Under the pieces are notes generated by a model. The model was not told the origin of the DNA. It saw nothing but the letters and a program-made list of their open reading frames with translations, and searched no databases. Positions 20,471 to 31,784 of a DNA stretch of 35,669 nucleotides are shown here, one piece after another. Within the stretch, counting starts at the first letter, position 1. Every line of letters starts with the position of its first letter. The DNA comes from Octopus sinensis (Eukaryota). The position numbers were made by a program, and so were the translations under genes. Location: contig NW_021833363.1 of NCBI RefSeq assembly GCF_006345805.1, positions 1 through 35,669 of the forward strand, read 5' to 3'.

Positions 20471-22268
20471 AAATGAGTGTGAGTCTAGGTGTGTATATAT
20501 GAAGAACGAATGAATTTGGGAATGAGTAACTGTTTGACGGTTTGAATGAGAGTAGACGAACAAACGAATGAAAGAATATGTATTCATGTGTGTCTATGTG
20601 TGCATGTGTATATGTGTAAATGCGTATATGCGTGTGTGCGTTTGTAAATGTATGTATGTGTGTGAGCGCATGTATGTATGTGTGTGAGCGCATGTGTGTA
20701 AGTTTGTGCATGTGTGCATATGAGAGCATATGTGTGTGTATATGTGTGTGTGTGTATGTGTGTGTGCATGTGTGTGTGTATGTATGTGTGTGATGTGTGT
20801 GGTGTGTGTGTTTGCTTGTTTGTGTGTGTGAGACTGAACTTGGGCGCATGTGTGTAAGTTTGTGCATGTATGTGAGTGCATGTGTGCATGTGAGAGCATA
20901 TGTGTGTGTATATGTGTGTGTATATGTGTGTGTATATGTGTGTGTGCATGTGTGTGTGTATGTATGTGTGTGATGTGTGTGGTGTTTGTGTTTGTTTGTG
21001 TTTGTGAGACCGAACTTGGGCGCATGTGTGTAAGTTTGTGCATGTATGTGAGTGCATGTGTGCATGTGAGAGCATATGTGTGTGTGTATATGTGTGTGTA
21101 TATGTGGTGTGCATGTGTGTGTGTATGTATGTGTGGGATGTGTGTGGTGTGTGTGTTGTTTGTTTGTGTGTGTGCGTGTGGGAGGATGGGAATGGGTATG
21201 TGTGTTTATGTGTGTGCGTGTGTTCGTCTGTGTGCGTGCGTGTATGTGTGTGTGTGTTGTGGTGTGTGTGTTAAGATTAGGTGATCTTCGTCGCTTCGAC
21301 AGATGAACAGGATGTTATTCTGAGGGGGCGTTATTACGTGTGTGTGTGTGTATATGTGTGTGTGAATGTGTATATGTGTGTGTGTGGTGTGTGGTGTGTG
21401 TGTGTGTGTGTGTGTGTGAATAAATGAGTGTGAGTCTAGGTGTGTATATATGAAGAGAACGAATGAATTTGGAATGAGTAATGTTTGACGGTTTGAATGA
21501 GAGTAGACGAACAAACGAATGAAAGAATATGTATTCATGTGTGTCTAGTGTGCATGTGTATATGTGTAAATGCGTATATGCGTGTGTGCGTTTGTAAATG
21601 TATGTATGTGTGTGAGCGCATGTATGTATGTTGTGAGCGCATGTGTGTAAGTTTGTGCATGTGTGCATATGAGAGCATATGTGTGTGTATACTTGTGTGT
21701 GTGTATGTGTGTGTGCATGTGTGTGTGTATGTATGTGTATGTGTGTGAGTGTGTGTGTGTGTGTTTGCTTGTTTGTGTGTGTGAGACTGAACTGGGCGAA
21801 TGTGTGTAAGTTTGTGCATGTATTGAGTGCATGTGTGCATGTGAGCATATGTGTGTGTATATGTTGTGTTATGTGTGTGTATATGTGTGTGTGCATGTGT
21901 GGGTGTATGTATGTGTGTGATTGTGTGTGGGTTTGTGTTGTTGTGTTGTGAGACCGAAATGGGCGCATGTGTGTAAGTTGGCAGGTATGTGAGTGGCATG
22001 TGTGCGTGAGAGCATCTGTGTGTGTATATGTGATGTGTATATGTGTGTGGCATGTGTGTGTATGTATTGTGTGATGTGTGTGGTGTGTGTGTTTGTTTGG
22101 TTGTGTGTGTGAGACTGAACGTGGGCGCATGTGTGTAAGTTTGTGCATGTGTGCATGTGAGAGCATATGTGTGTGTGTGTATATGTGTGAGTGCATCTGT
22201 GAGAGTGTATGTGTAAATGCGTACATGTGTGAGAGCGTATGTGTGTATGTGTGTGTGTGGTGTGTGTA

Positions 22269-22309
<41 letters not shown>

Positions 22310-22310
22310 C
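20200..22310. repeat. ~950-bp tandem duplication of TG-rich DNA with an internal ~170-190-bp sub-repeat
   Basis: Anchors GGAGGATGGGAATGGG at 20234/21181 and TTAAGATTAGGTGATCTTCGTCGCTTCGACAG at 20322/21271; GAGACTGAACTTGGGCGCATG-like motif at ~20830, 21007, 21783, 21951, 22111. Confidence 0.88.
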
Positions 22311-22539
22311 TGATCTGTTGTGTTAGGAAAGGAAAGAGTGAATGTGTGAGAGGAGAGTATGCAAAAGGAAAAAAAAAGAAATAGTGAATGAATAAGTGCG
22401 CGTCCGCGTGGATGAAATGCATGAATGAAAAAAACAAACAGGTTCGTAATTCTCACTTATCGATCTTTGGTATTTCCTTCTATATTTCTTTACAATTAGT
22501 CATCAAATCAAATCAAACAAAGGCTACAATGGTGAGCGG

Positions 22540-22693
22540 CGGCTGGGACAATAATGGCGGCGATGGTGGAGACGGCGATGGCGATGGCAGCGGCGATGGC
22601 GGCGGCAATGGCGGCGACGGTGATGCTAGTGGTGATGGCGATGGTGGTAGTGGTAGTGGTGGTGGTAGTGGTGGTGGTGGTGGTGGTGGTGGT

Positions 22694-22727
<34 letters not shown>

Positions 22728-23420
22728 TGAATAGGGCTTCTGTTGTTTAGCCGCAGGTCAGTCTTGATCGAGTAAAAACTATGATGAAATGGTGGTGGCG
22801 GTGGTGGTGGTGGTGGTGGTGGTCATCGTCGTCGTGGTGGAGGATGTGGTGGCCGTGGTCGTGGTGGTGGTGCCGTCGGTGATGTTATGGTCATGGCGGT
22901 AGCGATGGTTTGTGATAGTTTTTCGCTGTGGTTTTGTAATGGCTAATTGGTTGTGATTGTGGTGTTCGCGAATGCGATGGTATTGTTGCTGGTTATTGCA
23001 GCAGCAGTGGTGGTTATGATGGTGGTGGCGGAGGTGAGGAGAGAGGTGGGGTTCGAGATGAATAGTGAGGAATAGATGGTGTTGATTTTTTAACCACAGG
23101 TCAGTGTGGATCGCGTTTGCGTATGATGGTGGTGGTGGTGGTAATGATAATGATGAAATCGGTGGTAGAGGCGATGGCGGAGGATGCGCAGAATGCGGAG
23201 GCAGCGACTGAGGCGGTTGAGGAGACGGCGACGGTGGAAACGGTGACGGTGGAGGTGGAGGTGGCAGCGACCGTGGAGGCGGGGCGATGGCGATGGCGAT
23301 GGTGGAGGCGGTGGAGATGGTGATGGTGATGGTGACGGTGGAGGCGTGGAGGCGGAGGCGGCGGAGCGGTGCTGGTGGTGGTGGTGGAGGCGGCGGCAGT
23401 CGTGGTGTCTGCTTTGGTGA
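22540..23420. repeat. (GGT/GGC/GAT)n trinucleotide low-complexity block
   Basis: Direct reading; gives poly-Gly/Pro/His ORFs in several frames. Confidence 0.9.
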
Positions 23421-23754
23421 TGATGGTTTGTTAAGGTGTGAATAAGAAATGACTCTAGAATTGCTTTATAAAAAAAGAAAAACGAAAAAACAAAAAAAAA
23501 ATGCAACAACAAAAACAATAAGCCGTAACGGAGGAGCTTGAGAGAAAATAAATACATAAATAAATAAATAAATAAATAAATAAATGAATAAATAAATAAA
23601 AGAGAAATGGAGAAAGAGTGAGAGAGACGTAGAGAGGAAAAAGGGGAAAGGAAGAAGAGAATGAGGGCTAACAGGAGCATGAATAGTAGGCAAATAGGAT
23701 AAAAGGGGAAAATAATGACGTTAAATGTTGATGTTTATCACAAAAAGATACATA

Positions 23755-23846
23755 CCCTTTTACGCTTTTATCTGTTTCAGTCATTTGACTGTGGCCATGC
23801 TGGAGCACCACCTTTAGTCGAGCAAATCGACCCCCAGGATTTATTC
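23755..23846 (-). mobile_element. SINE family B 3' fragment
   Basis: TTTCAGTCATTTGACTGTGGCCATGCTGGAGCACC..AGTCGAGCAAATCGACCCC. Confidence 0.8.
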
Positions 23847-23883
23847 TCCGAACTCACTGTCAACATTGTTCTTATATATATAT

Positions 23884-24236
23884 GGGCAAGTTTCTTCTAC
23901 AATAGCCTGGGGCCGACTAAAGCCCTGTGAGGGGATTTGGTAGACAGCCCATTGTGTGTGTGTGTGTGTTGTGTGTGTGTGTGTGGTGTGTGCGTGTGTG
24001 TGTGTGTGTGTGTATGTGTGTCTTTGTGTTTGTCCCCCATCATTGCTTGACAACTGGTGTTGGTGTGTTTACGTTCCCGTAGCTTAGCGGTTCAGCAGAA
24101 GAGACTGATAGCATAAGTACTAGGCTTACAAAGAATAATTCTTGGGGTCGTCTGCTTCGACTAAAAACCCTTTAGGTTGGTGCTCCAGCATGGCTGCTGT
24201 CAAAATGACTGAAACAAGTAAGAGAATAAGAGAATA
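23884..24236 (+). mobile_element. SINE family B, 5'-truncated
   Basis: GGGCAAGTTTCTTCTAC..GGATTTGGTAGAC..GACTGAAACAAGTAAGAGAATAAGAGAATA. Confidence 0.85.
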
Positions 24237-24325
24237 TATGTATAATATATAGTATATATAATATATAATATATATATATATACGTATGCATATGCATGTA
24301 CGTGTGGGTTTCCGCCCCGACGTCC

Positions 24326-24457
24326 GAAACTCGGAGTTTTATCATGGCTACAATAATTGTCGCATATTATATTTACAGATAAATTCCTCTATTTACAAAT
24401 ATCGAGGTCTTTTTCATTCTTTTGTTCTTTTGTTGTCTTGTGCCATTTCTATCAATA
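24326..24457 (+). mobile_element. Interspersed repeat (second copy at 32172-32320), possibly a Penelope-type terminal repeat
   Basis: GGAGTTTTATCATGGCTAC..AATAATTGTC.CATATTA..CAGATAAATTCCTCTATTTACA..ATCAATA is shared by both loci; both end at (TA)n. Confidence 0.6.
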
Positions 24458-24460
24458 CAG

Positions 24461-24495
<35 letters not shown>

Positions 24496-24508
24496 TATAT
24501 ATATATAA

Positions 24509-24710
24509 AGTTAATCCAAACAAGAAAGCACAAAAAAACAACACAACAACGCGAGGACGTGGAACAAATATAGTATTATTGGACGCTCAGGAAAGAAGGA
24601 AAGAAGAGGAGGGTTTAATGTTTCGAGCGGAGCTCTTCGTCGGAAACATAGGAGAAGGAAAGATCCAGAGAAGGGAAGACAGAGGAAAAAAATCGTCAAC
24701 GGTACACACG
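24509..24710 (-). mobile_element. ~200-bp non-autonomous repeat with minimal hammerhead (24613-24647); second copy at 34792-34977
   Basis: CAACAACGCGAGGACGTGGAACAA..GACGCTCAGG..TTTCGAGCGGAGCT.TTCGTC shared by both loci; both bounded by microsatellites. Confidence 0.7.
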
Positions 24711-24744
24711 CGACACACACACACATACACACACATATATAAAC

Positions 24745-24855
<111 letters not shown>

Positions 24856-25538
24856 CAGACTTGTATATGTATTTGTATGTATATACATACATGCACACAT
24901 ACCTAAACACGTGGATATAGGTGTAATCATATCTGTGCATTTGGTTGTTATGTGCGCAGGTGTTTATATGTTCATATGTATGTGCACGCATCTATGTTAA
25001 TTTTGTCTTTTTTTTTCTTCACTATTGTAGTTTGTTTATCAAACTGAAACGGAAACAAAGATCACAACGTCTGGGATTTAGGTAACAATAATTGACATGA
25101 AAGACTTACTTCTCGAACTTGAGAATAGTCTTGTATATTTTTACTATTTCACCTACAGTTTCTGTGAGCACAGTACGTGTTAACTATTTGGTTACTTTCA
25201 TTGCCTGAAAGCTCTATATCGTAGATGCAAAATTCAAAACTGCTTACTTCAACTAAGATTCAACACAGTTCCGTTCTGTTTTGTTTTTTTTTTATGCGAA
25301 ACAGCTTATTACTGTATTTATCGGCGTATAGGACGCTTCTTTGTTATGTTTAAATGTATGAAAAATTGGCCCGTGTGTCATGCAGCCGTATGTTGGATAG
25401 GAGACCGTGTGTCGTTGACTAGGGAGTAACGTTGAAAATAAGTTGTCAAGCACAATAATTGTTACTACTAATCTATTGGAAACAAGTAATATATCATAGT
25501 CTGTTAGGACTAATTTGTGAAAAATTGCTCGATAGCTA

Positions 25539-25810
25539 CCGTAAATCCTCGAGTATAGTCCGCCCTTGAGTATAATACGCAGGGGATTTTTAAGAGGCTG
25601 TACCTTTGAAAAACCTAAACCTTGTGTATAATACGCACCCCTTCTCTAACTTGAGTCAAGGAGGTCTATATAACGTCCTTGGTGTGTAAAAATGTATACG
25701 GTAAACGTCCTTTATTATTATTTTATATATAACATAATGCAAATGTGTAGCATTTTTGTGCATTTTGTTTACAGAAAAATAAAGAAATAACAGTAATAAC
25801 GTTTAATAAA
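25539..25810. mobile_element. Left end of a Tc1/mariner-superfamily (pogo/Tigger-like) non-autonomous element
   Basis: TA|CCGTAAATCCTCGAGTATAG start with repeated GTATAATACGCA subterminal motif. A similar TACTGTATTTATCGGCGTATAGGACGC end lies at ~25310. Matching right end not established. Confidence 0.45.
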
Positions 25811-26012
25811 TGTTGCTTACTGCAAGTTGTGGCATTTCTTACGACCTTACCTTCTGAGTTCGAATGCCGCAGGAGTCGACTTTGCATTTCATCATTTCGA
25901 TGAAAGGAGTATTAATTGAGCACTTAAATTAATGGTCGTGTGCCCAAAATTTGAAACCAAAGTTACTAATATATCAATGCTACTAAAACTTTTACTGTTA
26001 TTTCTGCTACTA

Positions 26013-26154
26013 TTAGGTTGTCCCAAAAGTTCGTAAACACTTGCGAAAATTGAATTTTTACTCGCCAAGTACTAACAAAAACAACAAAAATTATTCCTCA
26101 AAATAAAGACCATTATTTCCCAAGACTTTTTACGAACTTTTGGGACAACCTTAT
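26013..26154. mobile_element. mariner-type MITE, 142 bp
   Basis: 25-bp TIRs TTAGGTTGTCCCAAAAGTTCGTAAA (26013-26037) / 26130-26154, one mismatch; TA on both sides. Confidence 0.9.
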
Positions 26155-26167
26155 ATTACTACCTTGA

Positions 26168-26522
26168 TCTTTTACTTGTTTCAGTCATTGGACTGCGGCC
26201 ATCCTGAAGCCATCCTGAGGCCATCCTGCGGCCATCGACCTCAGAGCTTATTATTTTTTGTTTTTAAGTCTGGTATTTATTCTATATCTTCCCCCCTTTG
26301 CCAGGCCGCTAAGTTACGTGAACGTTTACAAATCGACACTGGTTGTCATGCGGTGGTGTGGGGACAAACACAAACACACACACACACACACACACACAAG
26401 TATACGACGGGCTTCTTTCAGTTTCCGTCTACCAAATTCATTCACAAGGCTTTGGTCGGCCCGGGGCTATAGGAGAAGACACTTGCCCAAGGTGCAGTGG
26501 GGTTGAACCCCGAACCATGTTG
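26168..26522 (-). mobile_element. SINE family B with an internal 11-nt tandem expansion (GGCCATCCTGA-like x4)
   Basis: Family B tail, body and B-box recognisable on the minus strand. Confidence 0.82.
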
Positions 26523-27021
26523 TTAGGTCGACTTTGCCTTTCATGCCTTCAACTATTATAAATATTACTACTACTACTACTACTACTGCTGCTGCTACCT
26601 TCCTGTACAGCATTCACCCCTACTCCTATGTCCATACATCCACCCATCCACCCTGACCCTCCACCCTCGACGTAGATCTTTGATTTATCATGGTTCTTAT
26701 CACAACAATGACATCTGGCAAACGCTGATTCCACACCCTACTCCCTGCCAACCACGACCACCACCCGCAACGCCACTACTTCTACCCATAGCACCATCAA
26801 CTCCTTCATGCACGTACACACACGCGCACATCCACCTGTTCCTTTATACAGGCACACGCCCCCTGATATCTACGTGTCCTTTAAGTATTCACACACACAC
26901 ACACACACACACATATCCACGCACACGTACACGCACACACACGCACAGGCGCGCGCGTGCGCTGTACAATGAAGCTTCTAACCTTTTTCCATCTCTCCGT
27001 CTTCTTCGATTTTCTCGTTCT

Positions 27022-27060
<39 letters not shown>

Positions 27061-27129
27061 TCTCTTTCTCGCTCTCAGTGAACCTTCTCACACACTCTCT
27101 ACCACCTCTCCGCATCGTATTAAACATAC

Positions 27130-27396
27130 ATATTGTATGTATGTGTGTGTGTGTGCGTGCGTGTATGTATACGTATGTATGTGTGTGTGTGTGCGTGCGT
27201 GTATGTATACGTATGTATGTGTATATATATATATATGCATATATATATATATACATATATATATAGATATATATATATCATACCATATATATATATATTA
27301 TATATAGATATACATAATAATATATATATAATATATATATATAATTATACAGATATATATATATATATATAATACATATATATATATATATATAAT

Positions 27397-27429
<33 letters not shown>

Positions 27430-27538
27430 ATATATATATATATATATATATTATATGTATGTATGTATATATATAATATATATATATATATATAATATAT
27501 ATATATATATGTATGTATATATATATGTATATATATAT
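27130..27538. repeat. (TG)n/(TA)n low-complexity tract
   Basis: Direct reading. Confidence 0.95.
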
Positions 27539-28269
27539 GGTCTTTTCCCCAATTCGACCCCAACTTTGTAATCCCTGTGCCATGTCACTATCATTTAATA
27601 TCTGAAGCGTTGCGTCTATTTTTTTCTTTCTTTCTTTTTTTTTTACCCCTTCGGTCACCTTGATTACAATCTGGATCACACCTGTCCACCTGTTGAACAG
27701 GTAAGGGGGAGAAAGAGGCAAAGAAGCAGATAGAGGCAAAGAACAAGCTAGAGATCGGAAGAGAGAGAGAGAGAGAGAAGTGACGGATACAGCGCGATAG
27801 ATAATGAGAGACACATAGATGTCAGAAACAAAGAAAGAGATGTAGAGGGACAACAGAGTGCGTGAGAGAGTGATAGTGACAGAGAGATAGAGAGACGGAG
27901 GGAGTGAAAGATAGGGAGAACAAGAAAGAGCGAATAATTACGTAATTTATTACGTTTTTAAGTGGGGTTTTTTTGTTCTTGTTTTCATCTATATTTTAAT
28001 TATTTATGATTTATTTATATACGTTATTGCTGTTCTGTTTTTTTAATTCGGGTTTTGATGGAACTCCTGGAGTCTTGCATACGTGGCGAGTTTGGTTGCC
28101 TGCAGCTAACGGTACCAAACTATCTGTTCTTTTCAACTACCTAATACTTTCCTGATTATTCTGGTTGTGCCAAGGATTATTATTATTATTACTGTCCGAT
28201 GCAATTTAATGAAAGGTAGATAAATGTTCGCAAGGAGCCATTCTGAGGTTACCTGTGATTTAAAAAGGT

Positions 28270-28490
28270 AATATAAGGAGGAGAAGGGGCTCTCTACCCC
28301 CTTTTGACTAGGATTCCCGGTGGCTTTTATGGGTTTTTCCACCAGAACCTCGAACGTTTTTCGTTTGTTAGAAATGCTTTTTTACTCGGATTATACAACG
28401 GACAAAAACCCTTTGACCTTTCGTCTTGTTTTGTCCCTTTATGTGATAATTGATTTTGTCAGCCCTTGTGGCCAATAAAAGAATTTATTA
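28270..28490 (+). mobile_element. Probable retroelement 3' end with a tail homologous to the end of the SINE-A 184-bp unit
   Basis: GTCTTGTTTTGTCCCTTTATGTG..CAGCCCTTGTGGCCAATAAAAGAA resembles GTCCTTGTTTGTCCCCTCTGTG..TAGCCCCTTGTGGGTAGTAAAGAAA; followed by (ATT)n. Confidence 0.45.
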
Positions 28491-28494
28491 TATG

Positions 28495-28525
<31 letters not shown>

Positions 28526-28684
28526 TATTATTATATTATCATTATTATTATAATATTATTTTATTTTATTATATTATTATTATTATTATATATTATTATT
28601 ATTATTATTATATATTATTATTATTATGATTAATTATTATTAGTATTATGATTGTTATTATTATTATTATTATATTTATTATTC

Positions 28685-28726
<42 letters not shown>

Positions 28727-28727
28727 G
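28495..28727. repeat. Degenerate (ATT)n tract
   Basis: Direct reading. Confidence 0.95.
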
Positions 28728-29200
28728 AGTGAGAGAGCAGTGCATGCCATCAAAAGTGACATGGGGTAAAATATACGAAGCCCAGTATACCCATCATGAC
28801 AACCCGTCTGGTAAGGGAACCACAGGCACGTGCCATCAAAACCATATGTGCGCGACATGGTGATCTCATTTCGAGATAAAGAACAGCGCATGACCTTACA
28901 GGTGGGACCCAGTTAGAATTTTCTTCAGGTCGAGTAACCCATCCCGCTCAAACGGTCCCTGAATAAGGTTGTGTTTAAGGATGAATGAACAAAACAGCCA
29001 TGTTGTTTGCAGAGGGTGAATTATCCAACCCAAAAGAGTTCCTTTCAATACATAGATGATGCTCCCCACTCAATTCTGCTCGTGATCAGAGATACACATA
29101 TCGTCAGCCACTAAGGGACATACTCAACTGATTAAGGTCAAACAACTGACAAGCAAATATGTAGTATTGAGCAGAATATTTGCTGTAGCCCATTTTTTAT
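28726..29200 (-). mobile_element. Probable LINE 3' UTR or SINE-like repeat ending in a (TAA)n tail
   Basis: GC-balanced ~470-bp block with no ORF, abutting (TAA)n on the minus strand; resembles an abundant octopus repeat from memory, unverified. Confidence 0.45.
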
Positions 29201-29267
29201 AGCAAGAAAAAACAATGTACACAATAATACTTCTAATCAGTTAAGATCAGAAACTATGAGAGTCACT

Positions 29268-29478
29268 GTCGGCGAGCTGGCAGAATCGTTAGCACGCTAG
29301 ACGAAATGCTTAGCGGCATTTCGTCTGCCGCTACGTTCTGAGTTCAAATTTTGCCGAGTTCGACTTTGCCTTTCATCCTTTTGGGGTCGATAAAATAAGT
29401 ACCAGTGAAACACTGGGGTTGATGTAATCAACACATCCTTTCTCTTAAAATTGCTGCCTTTGAGGCAAAATTGGAAAC

Positions 29479-29531
<53 letters not shown>
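29268..29531 (+). mobile_element. SINE family A monomer with a third tail type and (ATT)n tail
   Basis: GGCGAGCTGGCAGAATCGTTAGC head, B-box, CCTTTCATCCTTTTGGGGTCGATAAAATAAGTACCAG block, then AAAATTGGAAACC(ATT)n. Confidence 0.88.
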
Positions 29532-29532
<1 letters not shown>

Positions 29533-29608
29533 GAAGGTACTGAAAATTACGATGTTTCGTATAGGAATACGTCTTCGTAAACCATACAATCGAAGATAAA
29601 AAATATAG

Positions 29609-29661
29609 GTAATGGGTGTATATGCATGTTTCAGGAGTTATTGCTCTTTCTTCAGCATTAC
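29609..29661 (-). ncRNA. Decayed type-I hammerhead-like motif, cleavage triplet mutated
   Basis: GTAATG CTGAAGA AAGAG-CAATAA-CTCCT GAAA CATGCATATACACC CATTAC: perfect 6-bp stem I, stem II 4/5 pairs, but no UH at the cleavage site. Confidence 0.45.
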
Positions 29662-30179
29662 ATCCAGCCAATTTAGTATCAAGAAATACATTGCTTAAGT
29701 ACACACCAAGTTTAATAGTGTAACGTTATTGCATAGACAAATTCTACATAATAGACACATTCCTGTCAACTGATACGTACGTATTAATTGCCGGTAGGGA
29801 AGCGTATTTTCGTTTTGCAACCATAATATACTTCCAAGTATATTCAAGGTTAATAAGTCAATAATGTATCCTACATGTGTTATCAGTGCGTCGTTTTCAT
29901 TTTTAAAATATTTTTTAAAGTGTATCTCTAGTGTTAAGAAGCAAACTTCTAACTACATAGCCAAATATGTAATAACCCTTAGTTTTGATCCTATTGTCAC
30001 GTGATCAGTTTTTAGATATAACTTTTTTTCGTTATTTTTTTTAATCATCTGATATATATATCTTGCTTATAAATTCTTTGAGGTGTTGTTTGTGATCGAT
30101 GCGAGTGCTACACTATTTGTTTAATGTAGAAGATATTCCTTCAGTACTGTCCAAATGATGTCAGTACTATGTTTGCAAA

Positions 30180-30412
30180 TCACCCCAGTTTTGGCCCCAA
30201 CAAAAAGTGAGCTCACATTACAACAAAACGTCTACACAATGTTTTTAAATCTCAACCGGTCTTGGTTTATTGAACATTATTCCGAAAGAAATCAAAGAAG
30301 AAAAATATTCTATAACATTCGGACGGTGCCTGGACAAATTCCTCTGACATCAGACAAATCGCTGACACTTGGGTATATCTACGCTAACAACAGCTCCCTT
30401 TTCGAGTGCTAA
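30180..30412 (+). mobile_element. CR1/L2-group LINE ORF2 extreme C-terminus, degenerate
   Basis: Frame at 30255 reads TGLGLLNIIPKEIKEEKYSITFGRCLDKFL*, then shifts to DKSLTLGYIYANNSSL. This resembles the recalled GPxLFNxLPxxI...FKxxLDKFL...PGY...NSL terminus of this group. Confidence 0.6.
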
Positions 30413-30511
30413 AACAGGACACAGATTGAGCTATTATGACCCGGGGTAATAATACCAGGGCTAATAATAACGAAAATTTATCAATCTTAAAACAACACAT
30501 TTATTTGGGAT

Positions 30512-30988
30512 CTTCTTACTTGTTTCATTTATTTGACTGCGGCCGTGCTGGAGCACCGCCTTAAAGGGTTTTCAGTCGGAGAAATCGATCTCAGTACTTA
30601 TTCTTTGTAAGCCCAGTACTTATTCTATTGGACTCCCTTTACCCAACCGCTAATTTACAGGGATGTAAACACACCAACATTGTTTGTCACGCGGTGGTCG
30701 GAAGACAAACAGACACAAAAATACACACACATAAATATATACATATATACAAACATAAATACACACACATAAATATATACATATATACACACATAAATAC
30801 ACACACACACACACACACACACATACGACGTACTTCTTTCAGTTTCCGCCTACCAAATCCACTCACAAGGCTTTTGTCGGCCCGAGGTCATAGTAGAATA
30901 CAATTGCCCAAAGTGCCACGCAGTGGGACTGAACCCGGAACCATGTGGTTGAGAAGCAAGCTTCTTACCACACAGCCACACCTACACC
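30512..30988 (-). mobile_element. SINE family B, full-length
   Basis: Reverse complement starts GGTGTAGGTGTGGCTGTGTGGTAAG; B-box GGTTCAGTCCC; internal (TG/TA)n; 3' tail. Confidence 0.9.
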
Positions 30989-31684
30989 TATATCCAAGTA
31001 TTATGTTGGTATTCTCAAAACTTCTATACAATGGGTATAACGCACAGGAAAAATTTATCGGGAACGTGTTAGCAGTTGTAGTATTTGTGTATGGAATTTA
31101 TTGAAACAGGTTAGTATTGACAGATAAAACAATAAAATTCGATTCAAAATTAGAATAACATAACCGGGAAATGTAACCCAGTTTAAACTTTGAAAAAAAT
31201 ATTACTGTATCTAATTTGAATATTTAGGATTGAATATATCAATAGTTAATTTGCATGTTTAATTAAATATCGAACTTGCTCTAAAAGATATAACCTAGCA
31301 CTGGTAGCCAGCGTACCAAATGTTATCATTAGCTGGACTTTTGGTTATCTTCGCGTTTGAGGATGAAAATTTGACTGAAAACGGCATTTGCAATCAATTA
31401 AAAATTTAATTTCAAAAACTCACAAAAAAAATAAAACAAAAAACACACACTTTTTTAAAACCAAATTGCCTTTTTATGGCAGGTTTTACTTTATTTTTCA
31501 AGAAAAAGAAACTAAAAATTGTGGTAATTCTAAACTGTAAAGTCCAAAATGCATAATTTTTGGAGGAAATTATGTCTGTTGTCAAGGTTTTAAAAATTCA
31601 GCCAGTTTTGCATATGTTCTTCATATTTGAATTTTTGGTGTCTTGTATCTGCTATGCATGTGTGTGTGTGTGTGCGCGCGCGTG

Positions 31685-31742
<58 letters not shown>

Positions 31743-31784
31743 GTGTCAATATCTCCTTGCCTGCTGGAGTCAAAGTAGAACTGC

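Noticed and set aside
20385-22456. ORFs up to 303 aa rich in His/Thr or Cys/Val
   Set aside because: TG/CA low-complexity DNA, open on both strands, with no domain signal.
22388-23680. Poly-Gly and Pro/His-rich ORFs resembling glycine-rich structural proteins
   Set aside because: Trinucleotide repeat mosaic with frequent frame changes and no convincing signal peptide or splice framework.
26680-27081. 133-aa Pro/Thr-rich ORF and a nearby TCAGT initiator-like motif
   Set aside because: Runs through (CA)n and (CT)n tracts, has no recognisable homology, and a 5-bp motif is expected by chance.
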